Below are positions 61,404-64,000 of a stretch of DNA of 64,000 bases, one piece after another (positions within the stretch are counted from its first letter, which is position 1; each line of letters begins with the position of its first letter). The notes under the pieces are model-generated. The model was given only the letters and a program-made list of their open reading frames with translations, was not told the DNA's origin and searched no databases. The stretch is from a virus: IMG/VR virus record IMGVR_UViG_3300008516_000159; one strand, given 5' to 3'. The position numbers were made by a program, and so were the translations under genes.

Positions 61404-62083
61404 CTGACCCCTCTTGCGAAATCAATGGCCATTTGTTTGGCATCTTCCATGGTCTTGGCCTTCCACTCGCCGCGGCCCCACGCAGGATACGTAGTGAATA
61501 TATCATGATTTATTGTCCCACCATCATCTTGTACAGTTGTAAATGTCAACCGCATTCCTTTTTCATTAGTATATTTGTCCAGATGATCCAACTCATATTT
61601 GATATTGGTATCATCGTCGTCGGTATAAAAGTTAACAGTATCCTCAACGAACTCTTGTTTGTTGCGAGGAGTAAAGCCGCAACTGCCTTTTACAACCTTG
61701 CTGCCGATGGTGAATCCGTATATGGCTCTGTGCGACCAGCCATACCATTTATTTTCTTCTTCACAAAAACCAATCGAGCAAGGCCGCATAGTTTCATCTT
61801 CACCCTCTTTTAAAAGTCGCTTGGCTTTCACAGCTTTCGGCAGCTCTTTCCTTTGGATTTTTTCCGGCTTTATACCACGTTTGGCGCAAATATAATATCC
61901 AATTTTCTTGTCTCCAATATACCAACCGTCGGGCCAGGTAAAAGCCGTACACATATCAAAATCTTGACAGCCATACGTAGCGCCATAGACGGTGTAGTAT
62001 GCTAATTGATAACCATGGTTCTTGTACCTAATAACCTTGTTTATCTGTTTTACGTCTTTGCCGTACCTTTCTATATCTAACAT
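61400..62083 (-). CDS. Conserved phage protein with internal KAKRLL
   Basis: CSIGF.E.E.KWYGWSHRAIYGF.IG, GRGEW.AKTMEDAKQMAIDFA. Confidence 0.8.
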   Translation of the reverse strand: MLDIERYGKDVKQINKVIRYKNHGYQLAYYTVYGATYGCQDFDMCTAFTWPDGWYIGDKKIGYYICAKRGIKPEKIQRKELPKAVKAKRLLKEGEDETMRPCSIGFCEEENKWYGWSHRAIYGFTIGSKVVKGSCGFTPRNKQEFVEDTVNFYTDDDDTNIKYELDHLDKYTNEKGMRLTFTTVQDDGGTINHDIFTTYPAWGRGEWKAKTMEDAKQMAIDFARGVS

Positions 62084-62095
62084 ATTAATTCCATT

Positions 62096-62170
62096 CGGAG
62101 ACGAAGGGATTCGAACCCTTAACCTTTTGATAGACAGTCAATTGTTCTAGCCAATTAGAACTACGCCTCC
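62096..62170 (-). tRNA. tRNA-Asp(GUC), U37
   Basis: Loop CU-GUC-UA, G73. Confidence 0.88.
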
Positions 62171-62180
62171 TGGTTTTCTT

Positions 62181-62552
62181 CTATACCGACTTTAGTGGCT
62201 CATCGTTTGTCGAAGCCGCTTCTGGTTTATAAACTTCCCATGACTTCCCGATTTTTATTTCTGGAGTCAAACCCTTTTCCGTTAGTTCATCGAAAAGATT
62301 CTTTCGAGCGACCTGAGCATCTTCGGTAGCATCAACAGCCTCTTTGAAAAGACAAGCATCGTGCCTTGGTATTTCTATTTCCTTGGCGTCCTTTTCGTCA
62401 ACCCTTGGCTTATCTGAATGAAACATCCCGGCGGCATCGTTTACGCATATATCAAACTCCGGTAACCACAGCTCCCAGATTTGGTGTTCAAAACAACTAT
62501 GAGCGATCACCGCACCGGGATTAACAGTAATCTTATACAGCAAAGCCTTCAT
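62181..62552 (-). CDS. Hypothetical protein
   Basis: Start MKALLY with RBS aggag. Confidence 0.7.
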   Translation of the reverse strand: MKALLYKITVNPGAVIAHSCFEHQIWELWLPEFDICVNDAAGMFHSDKPRVDEKDAKEIEIPRHDACLFKEAVDATEDAQVARKNLFDELTEKGLTPEIKIGKSWEVYKPEAASTNDEPLKSV

Positions 62553-62576
62553 AGGGACACTCCTGCTATTTATATG

Positions 62577-62648
62577 AGCGGCCAACGGGACTCGGACCCG
62601 TGTTTTCACCTTGGCAAGGTGGTGTAATAGCCCCTATACGATGGCCGC
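62577..62648 (-). tRNA. tRNA-Gly(GCC)
   Basis: Loop UU-GCC-AA, U73. Confidence 0.9.
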
Positions 62649-62719
62649 TAAATAAATACTGCCTCTGGTTCTTCCAACAGCGGCATTTTATTGTTTGTCG
62701 TCAAGATTATATATGCTAT

Positions 62720-62791
62720 TGCCTCAGACCGGATTTGAACCGGTATACTCTTCCGTATGAAAGAAGCGCTAAGCCATTTAGCTACTGAGGC
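62720..62791 (-). tRNA. tRNA(CAU), elongator Met or Ile2
   Basis: Loop UU-CAU-AC, paired 1:72. Confidence 0.85.
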
Positions 62792-63091
62792 TTAAAGATA
62801 ATTCAAATCCGTTAGAATGCGCTTGAAATAATTAAGCTTTACGTCTTCGTAAGCCAAAAACTCCCAATCGATAGTCAATATTTTTACACAGTACCGATCA
62901 GAATAAGCTTTGTAAAAGATCTCGTAATATTGTACATCCGGCCTATTCAATCTATAAACAAGCCCTATATAAATTTCTTTTTTTACTCTTTCATTGGCCT
63001 TGCGACAACAATCAAGAAAGCTATCTCCCGGACTACTTAGTATTCCTAAAAGAATAACGGTTGCGATTATAGAAAAGATGATCCTTTTCAT
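62792..63091 (-). CDS. Membrane-anchored hypothetical protein
   Basis: N-terminal TM helix. Confidence 0.65.
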   Translation of the reverse strand: MKRIIFSIIATVILLGILSSPGDSFLDCCRKANERVKKEIYIGLVYRLNRPDVQYYEIFYKAYSDRYCVKILTIDWEFLAYEDVKLNYFKRILTDLNYL

Positions 63092-63369
63092 TTACGGAGC
63101 CTTTGTACTACATCGAATATTTTGTTCAATACTTCATTCTCAAAAACTCTGTCGTCTTTTATGAATGTATCCCCACATAAATCCCAGTCCATCTCGTGTT
63201 CCATCTCACGCAAGATATCGCCCAGCTCTAACAACATATTTGACAGTTCCGGAAACCGATCTTTAACATACGGATCCCTAGCGATATTGTCTAGATCATC
63301 CTCAAGCCTGGCTCCAGAATAACCGAAATGTCCACCACTCATCTTAACTCGATCCTTTCTTGTTAGCAA
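63088..63369 (-). CDS. Conserved phage hypothetical protein
   Basis: MSGGHFGY...W...GD motif. Confidence 0.7.
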   Translation of the reverse strand: MLTRKDRVKMSGGHFGYSGARLEDDLDNIARDPYVKDRFPELSNMLLELGDILREMEHEMDWDLCGDTFIKDDRVFENEVLNKIFDVVQRLRK

Positions 63370-63382
63370 AATCTAATTTCAT

Positions 63383-63454
63383 TAGCGGGGACAGGACTCG
63401 AACCTGTGACCTTTGGGTTATGAGCCCAACAAGCTGCCTCTGCTCCACCCCGCA
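63383..63454 (-). tRNA. Initiator tRNA-fMet(CAU)
   Basis: GGG/CCC anticodon stem, unpaired U1:U72. Confidence 0.92.
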
Positions 63455-63463
63455 TCGTTTACT

Positions 63464-64000
63464 CTATCTATAAAGAGTAAGTATATCGGGTTCACCATCT
63501 CGCACCAATATGGTGTGTTCAAAATGGGCTGATGGTGTGCCGTCCTTTGTGACAACCGTCCACTTGTCGTCGCTGACATACACTTCATACCCACCAACAT
63601 TCACCATTGGTTCAATGGCGAGTGTCATCCCTGCGCGCAAACGCGGCCCTTTGCCCGGTACTGGTGCTTTAAAGTTGGGTATGCGAGGCTCCTCGTGCAA
63701 TCTCTTACCAACACCATGCCCAACAAAATCGCGAACTATTGAAAATCCATCACCTTCCACCACGTTTTGAACAGCCCGAGATATATCGGCCACATGATTG
63801 TGGTGAACCGCTTTTTCTATTCCCGCATAAAGAGCACGCTCTGTCGTTTCCAGAAGCTTTCTCTTTACCTCTGATATGCGACCGACAGGGATAGTAACGG
63901 CTGCATCACCAAAATACCCGGCCGTGTTCACTCCCACGTCAACACTCAGTATATCGCCTTCTTGCAGCCTGTACACACCCGGTATGCCATGAATAACCTC
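63464..64000 (-). CDS. map: Methionine aminopeptidase type I (5' end outside window)
   Basis: HGIP, GDILSVDVG, GYFGDAA, GHGVG..LHEEP, LAIEPM, SAHFEHT. Confidence 0.96.
   Translation of the reverse strand, partial: EVIHGIPGVYRLQEGDILSVDVGVNTAGYFGDAAVTIPVGRISEVKRKLLETTERALYAGIEKAVHHNHVADISRAVQNVVEGDGFSIVRDFVGHGVGKRLHEEPRIPNFKAPVPGKGPRLRAGMTLAIEPMVNVGGYEVYVSDDKWTVVTKDGTPSAHFEHTILVRDGEPDILTLYR

Noticed and set aside
24864-63454. Theta/HDV-like ribozymes at tRNA 3' ends
   Set aside because: Trailers inspected (suppressor, Tyr, Ser-GCU) could not be folded into the P1-P2-P3-P4 nested pseudoknot; not exhaustively checked.
1-64000. Genome-wide TAG reassignment (code 15) suggested by the CUA tRNA
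   Set aside because: Conserved genes are full length in code 11, coding density is high, and several genes end at TAG directly before the next feature.
1-64000. CRISPR array
   Set aside because: No regularly spaced short direct repeats seen; repeats are tRNA arms or duplicated genes.

Overview
A 64-kb slice of a large (jumbo-type, T4-distantly-related) tailed phage genome, about 38-40% GC, read in standard code 11; a Spirochaetota host is my inference. 0-13 kb: replication/transcription module (N-terminal half only of DnaE, gp55-like sigma factor, primase, degenerate DNA adenine methyltransferase, DnaB-like helicase, family-4 UDG). 13-24 kb: arrays of small paralogous genes sharing a C-terminal helix motif, a tmRNA, and a PyrD-PyrK fusion. 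24.8-63.5 kb: a minus-strand array of 41 tRNA genes (19 amino acids plus an amber suppressor; no Glu in the window; only Trp encodes CCA). It is interleaved with host-like genes (cspA, RNA ligase, REC-HD-GYP, vWA, rnhB, guaC, YejA-like binding protein, map), four endonuclease genes abutting RNA genes, and over 20 small Cys4 proteins with a KAKxLL motif. Highlights from reading the non-coding sequence by eye: a minimal 253-nt RNase P RNA, a roughly 870-nt GOLLD-like RNA with an embedded tRNA that has an 8-nt anticodon loop, three more unexplained structured RNAs, and systematic non-canonical tRNA features (C33, short-arm Leu, long-arm Asn, Ile-UAU). All family calls are by motif recognition only; no searches or folding programs were run.
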